A stretch of 64,000 bases of DNA from Candidatus Latescibacterota bacterium (GTDB lineage: Bacteria; Latescibacterota; UBA2968; UBA8231): positions 1,280,001 through 1,344,000 of the forward strand of contig OY730476.1 of the NCBI GenBank assembly GCA_963422735.1, read 5' to 3'. Below, piece after piece: positions 18,792-29,064 of the stretch. Made by a program: the position numbers and the translations under genes. Below the pieces are notes generated by a model. It had not been told where the DNA came from. It was given only the letters and a program-made list of their open reading frames with translations, and made no database searches. Every line of letters begins with the position of its first letter. Within the stretch, counting starts at the first letter, position 1.

Positions 18792-19808
18792 TTACCTTTT
18801 CCACCCGATAACAATACTTTGTTCAGGATCTATAGGGCGGATCTCTATATCTTGAAAGCCCGATTCTGACATCATTTGTTGAATCTCGGAGCCAGTCCAC
18901 TGTTTAGCCTCAATGTTGTTGTAAAAAACATGCAGCCCCTGGAATGCGGCTAGCAAAGGACCCGTCTTCTCTTCATTGAGGAGAAATTCCGCTGCAATAG
19001 CCACACCGCCTTCAGGTAAAGCTTCATAACATCGCTGCAGAATACACATACAGCGATCGCGTCCCCAGTCGTGTAGAACATGCGACATGAAAAATACATC
19101 AGTCTTTGGGGGATAGGCGTCTGCAAAGAAATTACCCGTTTGGAACGCGATTTTTCCCGAAGAATCCGTCTGAGCAAGACCTTCTTCTGCCCCCTGACGA
19201 TTATATTCCAAGTCGAAGACGATAGCTTCTAAGTGGGGGTAGCGTCTCGCGATGCCCACTAAATGTCCTCCTGTAGCTCCACCGAGATCGACTATCTTTC
19301 TGTACTTAGAAAAATCGAACGCTTGCGCCACACAGTCCCCCCAGAGAATGCGCAGATGATGGCGTTTGGGATAAAAAGCCATAGAAGGGCGATTCTTACC
19401 CGTTGCTTTGTCCAGCCAGCCAGCCCCTTTTTGAGGTCTATCCGCGAGAATGGCTTCTTTGATTTTAGCACCGCGCTCAGGATCGACATAACCGGCTCGC
19501 CCAAAAGCAGTATACTGATTGTAGAGTGCTTTGCCCTCCACGAGAAATTCCTCCATGTCACCAACATTTGCATAACGATCCTCATCTTTTTTCAATACGC
19601 CTATTGCTGCACAGGTTACAGCAAGAACTTCTGCAGGTCGTAACTGGATACCCATCTGTTCGGCGATCCCGGCAATGGTCTTGGGACCGTCAGCCAGTTG
19701 GGTGAATAGCCCCAGTTCAAGGGCACAAGCCAGTACATCTTGGGCTTCAGCACCAACGCTTATTTTCCAGAGTTGGTAATAAGAATTACTCTCGTTATGC
19801 AAATCCAT
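18792..19808 (-). CDS. SAM-dependent O-methyltransferase (dimerisation domain + Methyltransf_2)
   Basis: ELGLFTQL, VDLGGATG, VFDL, GNFF, SHVLHDW; low GC. Confidence 0.9.
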   Translation of the reverse strand: MDLHNESNSYYQLWKISVGAEAQDVLACALELGLFTQLADGPKTIAGIAEQMGIQLRPAEVLAVTCAAIGVLKKDEDRYANVGDMEEFLVEGKALYNQYTAFGRAGYVDPERGAKIKEAILADRPQKGAGWLDKATGKNRPSMAFYPKRHHLRILWGDCVAQAFDFSKYRKIVDLGGATGGHLVGIARRYPHLEAIVFDLEYNRQGAEEGLAQTDSSGKIAFQTGNFFADAYPPKTDVFFMSHVLHDWGRDRCMCILQRCYEALPEGGVAIAAEFLLNEEKTGPLLAAFQGLHVFYNNIEAKQWTGSEIQQMMSESGFQDIEIRPIDPEQSIVIGWKR

Positions 19809-19987
19809 TTTTCCCTCGGCTAAAAGTGATAAAACGAAATGAAAAGCATTTTTAAACCTCCTTTGCAGAGCCGGGCAAGACCTGCTGCAAGCGCACTCAC
19901 CGAACCTTTCAGATTCGGTCGAGAAAGGTCATCAAAGTGCGCCCAAGGTCTCCAGTCGCTTGCGTACTTCGGCCTGCACGGGTGCCG

Positions 19988-20798
19988 TCAGTTGCCGTCA
20001 ATCCTGCCCATGGCGTTGAGCGCCCACTTGGTTGGGATGGGGTTGGTCTCCACGAACAGGGCCTCGTGAATCGGCTGTAGCTTGGCACCTAACTCGCGGG
20101 CCCTGTCGTCGTCGCCGTCGATGAACGCTTGGCAGAACTCTACCATGGCCGCCGGCAAGACGTTGGCGGTCACCGAAATCGCCCCGACGGCACCGTAACT
20201 CGCCATGGTGAACGTCTGCGCGTCCTCGCCGGACAGCAGGACGAAGTCGTCGGGCACTAGTGCCTCGATCTCGGCGACGCGGTTGGGATCGCCACACGCC
20301 TCTTTGATGCCGACGATCGAATCGACAGCAGATAACCGGGCCACGGTCGCGGCCTGCATGTCGCACGCCGTGCGCGGCGGCACATTGTAGAGCACCATCG
20401 GCAGGTCCACCGCCTCGGCGATGGCGCAATAGTGCCGGTACAGGCCCTCCTGAGTTGGCTTGTTGTAGTACGGCGTCACTGACAGGCAGTAGTCGGCACC
20501 GTCGCCCTGCACCGCCCGACTCGATGGCCTCGGCAGTCGCGTTGGCACCGGTGCCTGCGACCACTGGCACGCGGCCATCCACCCGACGCACCACGGCTGC
20601 GATCACCTGTTTGTGTTCGGCATGAGTCAGCGTGGCCGATTCGCCAGTGGTGCCCACCGGCACAATGCCATGCGTCCCGGACTCTAAGTGCCAATCCACC
20701 AAGCCGTCCAGCGCCGCCCAGTCGATGGCCCCCGATGCCGTCATCGGCTTCACTAAGGCGACCAAGCAGCCCCTCAAATCATCCATTGCCTGCGACAT
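19988..20798 (-). pseudogene. dapA: dapA-like (4-hydroxy-tetrahydrodipicolinate synthase) pseudogene
   Basis: GTTGES, VAGTGA, then a frame change near 20520, [32 protein letters not shown]; C-terminus truncated. Confidence 0.85.
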
Positions 20799-20846
20799 GA
20801 TACCCCCCGAGAGATAAGAAGAATGGAATCTCAAAGTATAGCCAAT

Positions 20847-21473
20847 TCACAGGCATAATCTAAGCAGGCGGCGATGCTCCCGGAGTTTCAGAATCCCCAA
20901 ACGGATGCAAATCAATCGGCGTGAGAATCCCATAGAAACCGTATTTGATGCCCTGTCGATCTCCTTTTCCGGAGGAAAGTATTCTTCTATAAGCACCAAT
21001 AATCGACGACCAAATTCGGCGGCCTGTTCTTCAGATAGTCGTGCGCGGTTGTGATTGACTGATAGCTGGAATGTCGAACCGTATAAGCCCTCGGCCGCTT
21101 CGCGCAATGCTTGATTGAACTGGCTGACAACGTCCATTGGCATGGCCTCGGCAATTTGGTCATTCGCCGCAAGGATTTCTCGAACGCGAATCGTTCCTGC
21201 CGCTGGCACGCAACGCCATTCTTGGGAGCCTGATCCATCTTCCTCCAAATGCACGACACCTGTTTGCGCCAGCCGTTGCAAATGGTACAGCACCCGGGCA
21301 TCGGTAACGTCCAACGTCTGCGAAATTTCCGCAACCGACTTCCCTGCTCCAAGAATTTCGAGGATGCGCCAACGAAGCGGATCGGCGAGTGCGTTCGCAC
21401 GATCATCTTCGATAACGAGCACCGCGTCCTGTAAGGAGTTGGTCGGGAAGGTCAATTCACGCCATGTATTCAT
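20847..21473 (-). CDS. ArsR-like winged-helix protein, probably frameshifted near the 3' end
   Basis: ALADPLRWRILEIL...SVAEI...YHLQRL..TGVV; an alternative frame from about 20970 (GKGDRQGIKYGFYGILTP) looks like the native C-terminus. Confidence 0.75.
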   Translation of the reverse strand: MNTWRELTFPTNSLQDAVLVIEDDRANALADPLRWRILEILGAGKSVAEISQTLDVTDARVLYHLQRLAQTGVVHLEEDGSGSQEWRCVPAAGTIRVREILAANDQIAEAMPMDVVSQFNQALREAAEGLYGSTFQLSVNHNRARLSEEQAAEFGRRLLVLIEEYFPPEKEIDRASNTVSMGFSRRLICIRLGILKLREHRRLLRLCL

Positions 21474-21504
21474 TCAGATTCTCCAGTTGTATAATCGAGA
21501 AACC

Positions 21505-22302
21505 TCATATACCTGACAGACTACTCCGAACCATTCCTCGCAGGTGCCCCAACTGTTTTGCCACCTCGGCTGATGTGAAAGCCAGCAGGATCGCGTCGGC
21601 AAACATTCGCCAGACGACAGCCACTTCATCAAACCCGGCCTCGATCATGGCTTCGATCGCGTCCTCTGCGCTGTGTTCGTACTCAATGTCTTTCCCAGCG
21701 GCCTTCATCGCCCGCTTGTACTCCACCCTAGCATCAATCTCTTGCTGAGTAGCTACCCCTGAAGCAATCGCGTCTTGGAGATAACGCTGGCGGAAGCGCG
21801 ACGACTGCCGCCGAACACCTGCTCCCCAGTGGGGGCCGACCGCCATCGCGTCGTACAGGGCGAAGCAACCGCCCGGCCGGAGTGCGCCTGCGATCCGGGC
21901 AAAAAGTTCGGGCAGATCGGCCGGAGGAACGTGGTGAATGGTCTTTGCCGAGAACACCACGTCACACTGCCGGATATCACAACGGGTTATGTCCGCTTCC
22001 CGCACCTCAATTCGATCCGAATACGGAGTCAGTTTCCGCTGGGCGAGCGCAAGCATCTCCGGTTCGCTATCTATGCAGGTACCAGTGGCGTGGCGGAAGT
22101 GTTCCAACACGCGCACAGTCGGCTCCGCCGTGCCACAGCCGAGTTCCACAAACTCGAACGAATCATCGGGATCGAAGGGGATCAGATCCACAATCATGTC
22201 CAAGCCCTTGCTGTAGGGTGGACTTAGGATTGGCTGGAGCCGATCATACGAATCCGCGATGGTTGCGAAATAACTGCGACGTTCAGGTAATGAAGAATCC
22301 AT
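21505..22302 (-). CDS. Class I SAM-dependent methyltransferase
   Basis: VELGCGT, IDSEPEML, DVVFS..TIHH, ALRPGG. Confidence 0.88.
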   Translation of the reverse strand: MDSSLPERRSYFATIADSYDRLQPILSPPYSKGLDMIVDLIPFDPDDSFEFVELGCGTAEPTVRVLEHFRHATGTCIDSEPEMLALAQRKLTPYSDRIEVREADITRCDIRQCDVVFSAKTIHHVPPADLPELFARIAGALRPGGCFALYDAMAVGPHWGAGVRRQSSRFRQRYLQDAIASGVATQQEIDARVEYKRAMKAAGKDIEYEHSAEDAIEAMIEAGFDEVAVVWRMFADAILLAFTSAEVAKQLGHLRGMVRSSLSGI

Positions 22303-22360
22303 GTTCTACTCCATCTGACGGGATTAACTCTGATTCCAGATATCGAGCCTAATCCGCCGC

Positions 22361-23224
22361 CTAGATCCCGACGCCGAACCGTTCCTCAAAGTCCGCCCAT
22401 ATTTCAGCAGGCACTTCCTGAGTCGCCGCGTCGTAGGCGTCTTGGAGTTGGTCGCGGTCGGCTGGCCCGCTCATGACGATGCCGTCAATGGGCGCGTCGA
22501 GGCAGAACTGCATAGCCAAGTACTTGATGTCCACGTCCTGCTTTTGGCACCACTCCCACATGGCGTGAGCACGCGGTTCAGCGGCCCGGTCCGGCTCGAC
22601 GCCGGTCAAGCGACCCATGCCGAAGACGCTGGCTAAGATCAGGCCCGTGCCGTGCTTTTTGGCCAAGCGCATGGTAGTGCGAGCGACCGATTGGTCGAGG
22701 AGCGTGTAGTCGAGGAACGTGAGGACGATCTCGGCGTGGCCCGCTTCGATGGCGGCGCGATGGAACTCGTGTTCGCGGACCCCCAAACCAATGTGACGCA
22801 CCAATCTCTCTTCCTTCATTTTCTGCAGCTCGTCGAAGGCGCGACCGGGACCTAACGGGTCGGCAATATCGGGTGGATCATGCACGAGCACGGCATCGAG
22901 GTAATCAACGCGAAGCGATTGCAGGCTTTGTTCGACGCTCCAGCGCGTGGCCTCCGCCGAAAAGTCCTTGGGGCGCTCTGGGTGCGGGCCGACTTTGGCC
23001 TGCATGTAATAACTCGACCGCTCGACGCCGGCTAGCGCCTTGCCCCAGCGGTCCTCGTTGCGGCCGGCATAACTGTCGAAATAGTCGATGCCTAGATCGA
23101 GGGCGCGTTCGATAGTGGCGATGGTCTCGGCCTCGGCGACGTGGCTGACGAAGGCTGCGCCCATGCCGAGCGCCCGGGGCTGCATTCCAGTGCGCCCCAT
23201 CTTGCGGCGCGGTAGGTTGCTCAT
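22361..23224 (-). CDS. Aldo/keto reductase
   Basis: RRKMGRTG, LGMG, GIDYFDS, SL..LRVDYLD..LVHD, HIGLG. Confidence 0.9.
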   Translation of the reverse strand: MSNLPRRKMGRTGMQPRALGMGAAFVSHVAEAETIATIERALDLGIDYFDSYAGRNEDRWGKALAGVERSSYYMQAKVGPHPERPKDFSAEATRWSVEQSLQSLRVDYLDAVLVHDPPDIADPLGPGRAFDELQKMKEERLVRHIGLGVREHEFHRAAIEAGHAEIVLTFLDYTLLDQSVARTTMRLAKKHGTGLILASVFGMGRLTGVEPDRAAEPRAHAMWEWCQKQDVDIKYLAMQFCLDAPIDGIVMSGPADRDQLQDAYDAATQEVPAEIWADFEERFGVGI

Positions 23225-23228
23225 GGAT

Positions 23229-23675
23229 TTAACTCCCTTTTATTTCGTATAACTCGATTTCAAAAATTAAGGTCGCGCAAGGCGGGATGCTGCCTACCTT
23301 GCCCTTTTTGCCGTAGGCCAGTTCCGGCGGGATCACTAGCCGCGCCTGGCCGCCGCCCTTCATCATCTGCAAGCCCTCGGTCCAGCCGGGGATGACCCTT
23401 TTGAGCGACAGCGTGCTTGGGCGACCCCGTTCGTACGAGCTGTCGAAGACCTTGCCGTCGGCAAACATGCCCTTGTAGTGGACGGTAACGCGGGCTTTAG
23501 GCCCTGGCTGGGGGCCATAGCCGGCCTTTAGCTCCTGATAAATGAGGCCGGATTCGGTGCGCACGGCCCTTTCTTTGGCGGCCTCGCCGTCGAGAAAGGC
23601 TTGGTCAACGGCTTCGGCGCAAGGGTCGGAGCAGGCGGCGAGTGCCAACAAGGTGAAGGGGAGTAGGGCGTTCAT
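23229..23675 (-). CDS. FKBP-type peptidyl-prolyl isomerase (lipoprotein)
   Basis: SGLIY, VTVHYKG..DGKVFDSS, VIPGWTEG, IPPELAYG, IPP.ATLIFEIEL. Confidence 0.95.
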   Translation of the reverse strand: MNALLPFTLLALAACSDPCAEAVDQAFLDGEAAKERAVRTESGLIYQELKAGYGPQPGPKARVTVHYKGMFADGKVFDSSYERGRPSTLSLKRVIPGWTEGLQMMKGGGQARLVIPPELAYGKKGKVGSIPPCATLIFEIELYEIKGS

Positions 23676-23845
23676 GGCGTTATCTCGGGGCGTGAGGGTG
23701 GGCAGGCATACCTTCCATATTAGCGCACGCGGCCCGCTCGCTCAAGAGACGGCGCGGGAGCGGATATGGACAACGGAGAACTCCGCGCTTTATGTTACCG
23801 TCCGTTGCACGTAATAAGTCTCGCACGGAGGAAAGTACGGCTACT

Positions 23846-25615
23846 ATGGGAAAACGATCGAAGGCCATCCGGGCGGCGCGCGCAGGGCACTGGGCGTTCC
23901 TCTGCGGCGTAGTAATGATAGCCTGCAGCGGCGAACAAGCCACGGACGGTTTGCGGCAAGTGCCGCGCAACCGCACGCTGATCGTCGATTGCGCCGAGAA
24001 CAACACCTGCGGCGGCCAGATCCAAGACTACAACACCTTCAATCCCTTCGTGCCGGGCGGGATCTCGCGGATCGGCTATCAGTTCCTCTACGAGCCACTC
24101 TACTTCTTCAATGGCTACAAGGCCGACGCCGAACCGCGGCCGTGGATCGCCACCGGGCACCGGTTCAACGCGGACTACACCCAAGTCGCGGTGGATATAC
24201 GCCCGGGCGTGGAGTGGAGCGACGGGCGGCCGTGGACGGCGCACGACTTTGTTTTTACGGTCAATATGCTCAAAGAACACGCGCCGAACCTAGTATTCTC
24301 GACCGATATGGAAACTTGGGTTAAAGAGGCGGTGGCACTCGACAGCCTGACGGCGAAGATCGTCCTCAAGTCGCCTAACCCGCGCTTTCTCTTCAGTTAT
24401 TTCACCCACAACCACGGCAACGGAGTGCCGATCGTCCCCAAACACATCTGGGCGGGACAGGATCCCTTGCGTTTTGCCAATTACGACCTAGTCAGCGGTT
24501 GGCCGGTAGTCGCGGGGCCGTATCGCATTGCGCTGTCGGAACCAGCGCAGCGAATCTGGGATCTGCGCTCGGACTGGTGGGCGGCCAAGATCGGCTTCCA
24601 CGCGCTGCCGCAGGTCGAGCGGTTAATTTTTTTGCCCTATATGGAAGAGCACCAGCGGGTGCAAAACCTGCTCGCCAACAAGCTCGACACCTGTTTGGAA
24701 CTCCGACCGTCAAACATCATCACCCTGCTCGAACAACACGACAAAATGAGCACCTGGACGGGACGGGAGCCGCCCTATAGCTACATGACGCCGTGGGCGA
24801 TCGCGCTGGGTTTCAACAACATGGAAGCGCCTTTCGACGATCCCGAAATCCGGCGGGCGATTAACTTCGCCATCAACCGCGAACAACTAGTCGAGATCGG
24901 CTGGCAAAACTCGGGCGACTACGCGCTGTTGCCGCTGCCGGACGTGCCGCAGATGCAGCCCTACTTTGCGACGGCGGCGGATCTAGTGGCCCAATACGAA
25001 ATCGGAGTCCACGACACTGCGCGCACCGCGGCAATCATGTCGCGCAAGGGGTGGGTGCGAGGGCCGGATGGCTTCTGGACGAAGGACGGCGAGGTATTTT
25101 CGCTCGTCATCGATATCTTCGCGCATTTCCAAGACCTGACGCCGGTTTTAGTCGCCCAGCTCCAGGCGGCGGGATTCGACGCCTCGTTCCGCATGACTGC
25201 GGACTACATTGCGCGGATGGCCCAAGGCGAGGCGCACGCTTTTATGTTTGGCAACTTGAGCTCAATGCGCGATCCCTACCAAGTGTTGAGCCACTACCAC
25301 AGCCGTTTCGCCAGACCGACGGGCGAAACCGCCGAGCACTACTGGCGCTGGCAGAACGCCGAATTCGACGCGCTAGTAGACCGCATGGCGCAGACGCCCA
25401 ACGACGATCCCGCGATGATGGCGATTTACCGGCAGGCGATGGCGATCTGGCTTGCCGAGCTGCCGGCGATTCCGCTCGTGCAGTGGCCACATCGGATCCC
25501 GGTCAACGAGACGTACTGGACGGGGTGGCCTTCGGCGGAGGATCCTTATATGAACACTTCGTACTGGGCGCGGTCTTGGCTGTTGGTGTTGCTCAATTTA
25601 CGCCCGGTCGGATAA
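23846..25615 (+). CDS. ABC transporter substrate-binding lipoprotein, family 5 (peptide/oligosaccharide)
   Basis: Lipobox IAC, YEPL, IRPGVEWSDG.PWTAHD..FT, GPY, PFDDPEIRRAI..AINR; start approximate. Confidence 0.9.
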   Translation: MGKRSKAIRAARAGHWAFLCGVVMIACSGEQATDGLRQVPRNRTLIVDCAENNTCGGQIQDYNTFNPFVPGGISRIGYQFLYEPLYFFNGYKADAEPRPWIATGHRFNADYTQVAVDIRPGVEWSDGRPWTAHDFVFTVNMLKEHAPNLVFSTDMETWVKEAVALDSLTAKIVLKSPNPRFLFSYFTHNHGNGVPIVPKHIWAGQDPLRFANYDLVSGWPVVAGPYRIALSEPAQRIWDLRSDWWAAKIGFHALPQVERLIFLPYMEEHQRVQNLLANKLDTCLELRPSNIITLLEQHDKMSTWTGREPPYSYMTPWAIALGFNNMEAPFDDPEIRRAINFAINREQLVEIGWQNSGDYALLPLPDVPQMQPYFATAADLVAQYEIGVHDTARTAAIMSRKGWVRGPDGFWTKDGEVFSLVIDIFAHFQDLTPVLVAQLQAAGFDASFRMTADYIARMAQGEAHAFMFGNLSSMRDPYQVLSHYHSRFARPTGETAEHYWRWQNAEFDALVDRMAQTPNDDPAMMAIYRQAMAIWLAELPAIPLVQWPHRIPVNETYWTGWPSAEDPYMNTSYWARSWLLVLLNLRPVG

Positions 25616-25616
25616 A

Positions 25617-27635
25617 GTGGCGTCCTCCATGTCCCCCACCCTGTTCGACCGCACCCTGTTGCCCAAGGCCCTAGGCGAATTCGTCGTCATCGCCGATACC
25701 CACTATGCGCTAGAAGGGAGCATTGGGATGGACGAATTCCCTTCCCGCGCCCAACAGAGCCGACGGGCGGGCGCGGCGTTGCGCTGGGTAGCCGCTTTGG
25801 AGCCAAACTTTGTCGTGCATATGGGCGACGTGATACAGGAGTACCCCGGGAGCTCGGGCTTTGTTCTGGCCTTAGACCAAGCCCTAGAGCAGATGGCCGC
25901 CTGTGGTGTGCAGCCGCGCTGGGTGGCGGGCAACCACGACGTGGGCGACAAACCTGACCCCACCATGCCCACCCATCCGGTCACGTCCGAAGGGTTAGAC
26001 GCATACCACCGGCGCTTTGGCCCGTCTTGGTACAGCTTTGACTATCGAGATATGCACTTGGTGGTGCTCAACAGCCAGATTCTGAACACCGGCCTGCCGG
26101 CAGAGGAAGAGCAAAAGATTTGGTTGGAAACCGACTTGGCCGCGCACGCGAGGATGCGCATCGCGGTGTTTTTGCACCTGCCGCCCTATCTACACAACCC
26201 CGCCGAGCCGCATCTGGGCCACTACGACAATATCGGCGAACCGGCCCGCACTTGGCTGCTAAAATTGTTGGCCGCCCACCAAGTGACTTGGCTCTTTGCA
26301 GCCCACGTGCATTTTGCCTTTTGCGAGCCAGCGGGGGCCTGGGACTATCGCACCGTTCCTTCCACTTCTTTTGTACGGCCCGGTTTTAGTCACTTGTTCA
26401 ACGGCGCACCGCCGCCCGAGCAGGGCCGCGACGACCAGCCCAAGTTAGGTTTTTACCTGTGTCGCCTGCGCCACAACCGACTCGACATCCACCTGATTCG
26501 CACTGCCGGGACCCAAGATTGTACACCAAGGCCGCGACGGCTGCTCACCCCGGCAACTGCCGACTTGGCTGGTGCCCCATTGGGACTGACCGCAACCCAC
26601 CCCCTTGGTTGGGAGGCGCAAGTCCCCACAACCTTTCCGTCAGTGGTGCGCCAGCCAGTGCGCAATGACTATCCCCTGCTGGCCTGTCTGGAGTTGGGCA
26701 CACAAGCCTTGCGCTGCCCTTGGACCGACTTGGACCAGTCCGGCGATCGCCTGCGCTTTTTGCGCAGCCAAGGCGTCCAAGTGCAGGCGACCATTCTCGA
26801 CGACGAGGACACTCCTTACGAATCCATTCTGGAAAGTCGCCGCGACCAAGTGGATGCTTGGGAGATCCAGACGCCGGGCGGGCCTTGGCCATCTTTGTCG
26901 TGTCTGTATTTGTTCAAAAGCTACCACCGCAATCTACGGCTGTCTTTGGCTCCGGTGATTCCCGACCAGCAGATAACTGGCAAGCAGCACCCCCGCACCC
27001 GGGTCGGCTACCGGCTCGACGAAGTGGCCCAACTCGACCAGCGCTTGCAGGACGCTGATACCTATATAGAAGCAGCCCTGTGCCGACTCGATGCAACGGC
27101 CCCTTGGGAAGATGCCTTGGCCTGGCGCGAGGTAGGCGCCCTGACCACGATGGGTCGGCTGGATTTGCTTTTTGAATTGCCGGGGCAAAGCGACCAAGAC
27201 GATGCAGTCCGGGCCGCAGAGGCACTCTTTGCAACTACGCTACTGCCGAGGGCGCGGCTCTTTGTCGAGCCTTTTATCGATCTGGACCGCACCATGGATG
27301 TGGGTCGAGGGCTTCTGGACCCCCTGTGCAACCCCCGACCCGTCTTTGGCGTCCTGCGCTACCTCAACGCGCTGCTGCAGCGCTTTCGCGTACCCTTTGC
27401 CGAGGCCACTAGTGTGGAAGGCGCGGGCGCGACAGCGCGGCTGATTCAGGGGCCGACCCGCACGTTGGCCCTGCTGTTGCCAGCGGTTGCAGGAGCTGCC
27501 GTACCATCCGCTTGGGAGGGTACGGGATTGGCGTGGCTCTATCGCCTAGCCGACGGGACGGTAGAAGAGATGGAGGTCGGGCGGCTGTCAGAGGTGGAGC
27601 TCGATCAGCCGATCTTGGTAATCGTCGAAAATTAG
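25617..27635 (+). CDS. Calcineurin-like metallophosphoesterase with a large uncharacterised C-terminal domain
   Basis: IADTH, HMGD, GNHD, FLH.P and AHVH metal-binding motifs in the first ~290 aa. Confidence 0.8.
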   Translation: MASSMSPTLFDRTLLPKALGEFVVIADTHYALEGSIGMDEFPSRAQQSRRAGAALRWVAALEPNFVVHMGDVIQEYPGSSGFVLALDQALEQMAACGVQPRWVAGNHDVGDKPDPTMPTHPVTSEGLDAYHRRFGPSWYSFDYRDMHLVVLNSQILNTGLPAEEEQKIWLETDLAAHARMRIAVFLHLPPYLHNPAEPHLGHYDNIGEPARTWLLKLLAAHQVTWLFAAHVHFAFCEPAGAWDYRTVPSTSFVRPGFSHLFNGAPPPEQGRDDQPKLGFYLCRLRHNRLDIHLIRTAGTQDCTPRPRRLLTPATADLAGAPLGLTATHPLGWEAQVPTTFPSVVRQPVRNDYPLLACLELGTQALRCPWTDLDQSGDRLRFLRSQGVQVQATILDDEDTPYESILESRRDQVDAWEIQTPGGPWPSLSCLYLFKSYHRNLRLSLAPVIPDQQITGKQHPRTRVGYRLDEVAQLDQRLQDADTYIEAALCRLDATAPWEDALAWREVGALTTMGRLDLLFELPGQSDQDDAVRAAEALFATTLLPRARLFVEPFIDLDRTMDVGRGLLDPLCNPRPVFGVLRYLNALLQRFRVPFAEATSVEGAGATARLIQGPTRTLALLLPAVAGAAVPSAWEGTGLAWLYRLADGTVEEMEVGRLSEVELDQPILVIVEN

Positions 27636-28321
27636 TCTATGTGCTCGGTGCGGTCCGAATCGAGCAGCGCGCGCATTTCCTCAATATTGTCTAGCCCCAG
27701 CCGGACTCGGCGCGTGAGATTTTCCTCGGCCTCGCGCACCTTGGGCAAGGTTTCCACGACATGGTCGAACTGGTCGTGAGGAATGACCACCACCCCGTCG
27801 CGGTCGGCAACGACGATCTCGCCCGCATCGACGCAGGTGCCGCCCATGACCACTGGCATACCGGCGGTACCCGGTCCATTGCGCGTGCAGGAGTTGGGGG
27901 TGATGCCCATGCAGAAGGCGGGCAGGCCGACGGGCAGAATGCCGTCGATGTCGCGCATCAGACCATCGGTGACAAATCCGCTGATGCCTCGGTTGCGCCC
28001 CATGGCTATCATGATGTCACCGGCGACCGCGGTGCGGGTGAACGCATCCGTAGCGATGAAGATCGCGTCCCCCCGCTGCGCGATCTCAAGCGCGGCAAAA
28101 ACGGCGAGGTTGTCACCCGGCCCCGGATGACAGGTGACGATGGGCGCGACGAATTTGCAGTTGTTGGGGTCGAGCGGCTTGATGCGGTAGTCGAGTGCAC
28201 CGCGTCCGTTCATGCAATCGACGATAAAGCCGGTGGGAACATTGCGCAAGGCGCGCAAGACAGCTTCCGAAGGCCGCGTGAAATTGCGGCGAACAGTGAG
28301 TAGCGGAGGGTCTTTAATCAT
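27632..28321 (-). CDS. RraA family / HMG aldolase-like protein
   Basis: GDNL, A..GD.M, G.VTDG..RD, V.AG..VVADRDGVVV. Confidence 0.9.
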   Translation of the reverse strand: MIKDPPLLTVRRNFTRPSEAVLRALRNVPTGFIVDCMNGRGALDYRIKPLDPNNCKFVAPIVTCHPGPGDNLAVFAALEIAQRGDAIFIATDAFTRTAVAGDIMIAMGRNRGISGFVTDGLMRDIDGILPVGLPAFCMGITPNSCTRNGPGTAGMPVVMGGTCVDAGEIVVADRDGVVVIPHDQFDHVVETLPKVREAEENLTRRVRLGLDNIEEMRALLDSDRTEHID

Positions 28322-28444
28322 GTCGGCTCCAAAGGTGAACGAGGGCGGACTATTTTACAAGGGGCTAAGGGCGGTTGTCAAGCAGACAGGGAGCTAAGCC
28401 CCTTCCTTCTTTCTTGCGCTGCCATTGCATATTACAACTATACT

Positions 28445-28753
28445 TGGAAAATCGCTGGAGATTTATCGAGATGCCCGAGGAAGGGAGCCGTTCACCGACT
28501 GGTATAGGCGCGTACTCAAGCACGCATTCGCAACCGACTTCGGCGCGTCGAAGCTGGGAATTTAGGTGACTGTAAGCCGGTAGGACGAGGCGTCGCCGAG
28601 TTCAGACTGGACCTTGGCCCGGGGTACCGGGTGTATTTTGCGGAGTTGGCAGACCGGCTTATTCTGCTTACGGCAGGCAATAAATCCACCCAGCAGCACG
28701 ATACTGAGCGAGCCCAAGTGCACTGGGCTGAGTATAAGAAGTCAGACCGGTGA
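28445..28753 (+). pseudogene. RelE/HigB-type 'addiction module killer' toxin, frameshifted
   Basis: LEIYRDARGREPFTDW, frame break near 28505, then ARIRNRLRRVEAGNLGDCKPVGRGV.E.R.D.GPGYRVYF...G.KSTQ..D..RA. Confidence 0.85.
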
Positions 28754-29060
28754 GAAAATTAGAAGCCTTTAAGGAGTTCCGTTTTCAGGAGCTCAGCGAT
28801 CCTGTCAAGGCTAAAGCGTATATTGACGTGGCCTTAGAGGAATATCAAAACGACAACGACAACGGAGCACTTTTGCTGGCCTTATGAGATGTAGCAGAGG
28901 CGCAAGGGGACTGGGCCAACTGGCTGAGAAAACCGGCTTGAATCGGTCCAATATCTATCGAACCTTATCGGCGGGCAGCAATCCCCGTCTCCATACCTTA
29001 GCCGTCATCCTGCACAGTATGGGTCTGCGGCTGTCAGTAGATGTGGAAAGACGCCTTTGA
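28750..29060 (+). pseudogene. Cognate HTH 'addiction module antidote' antitoxin, disrupted
   Basis: ELSDP..AKAYIDVALEE...LLLAL*DVAEAQG, then a frameshift, LAEKTGLNRSNIYRTLS..SNPRLHTL. Confidence 0.85.
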
Positions 29061-29064
29061 CCGA

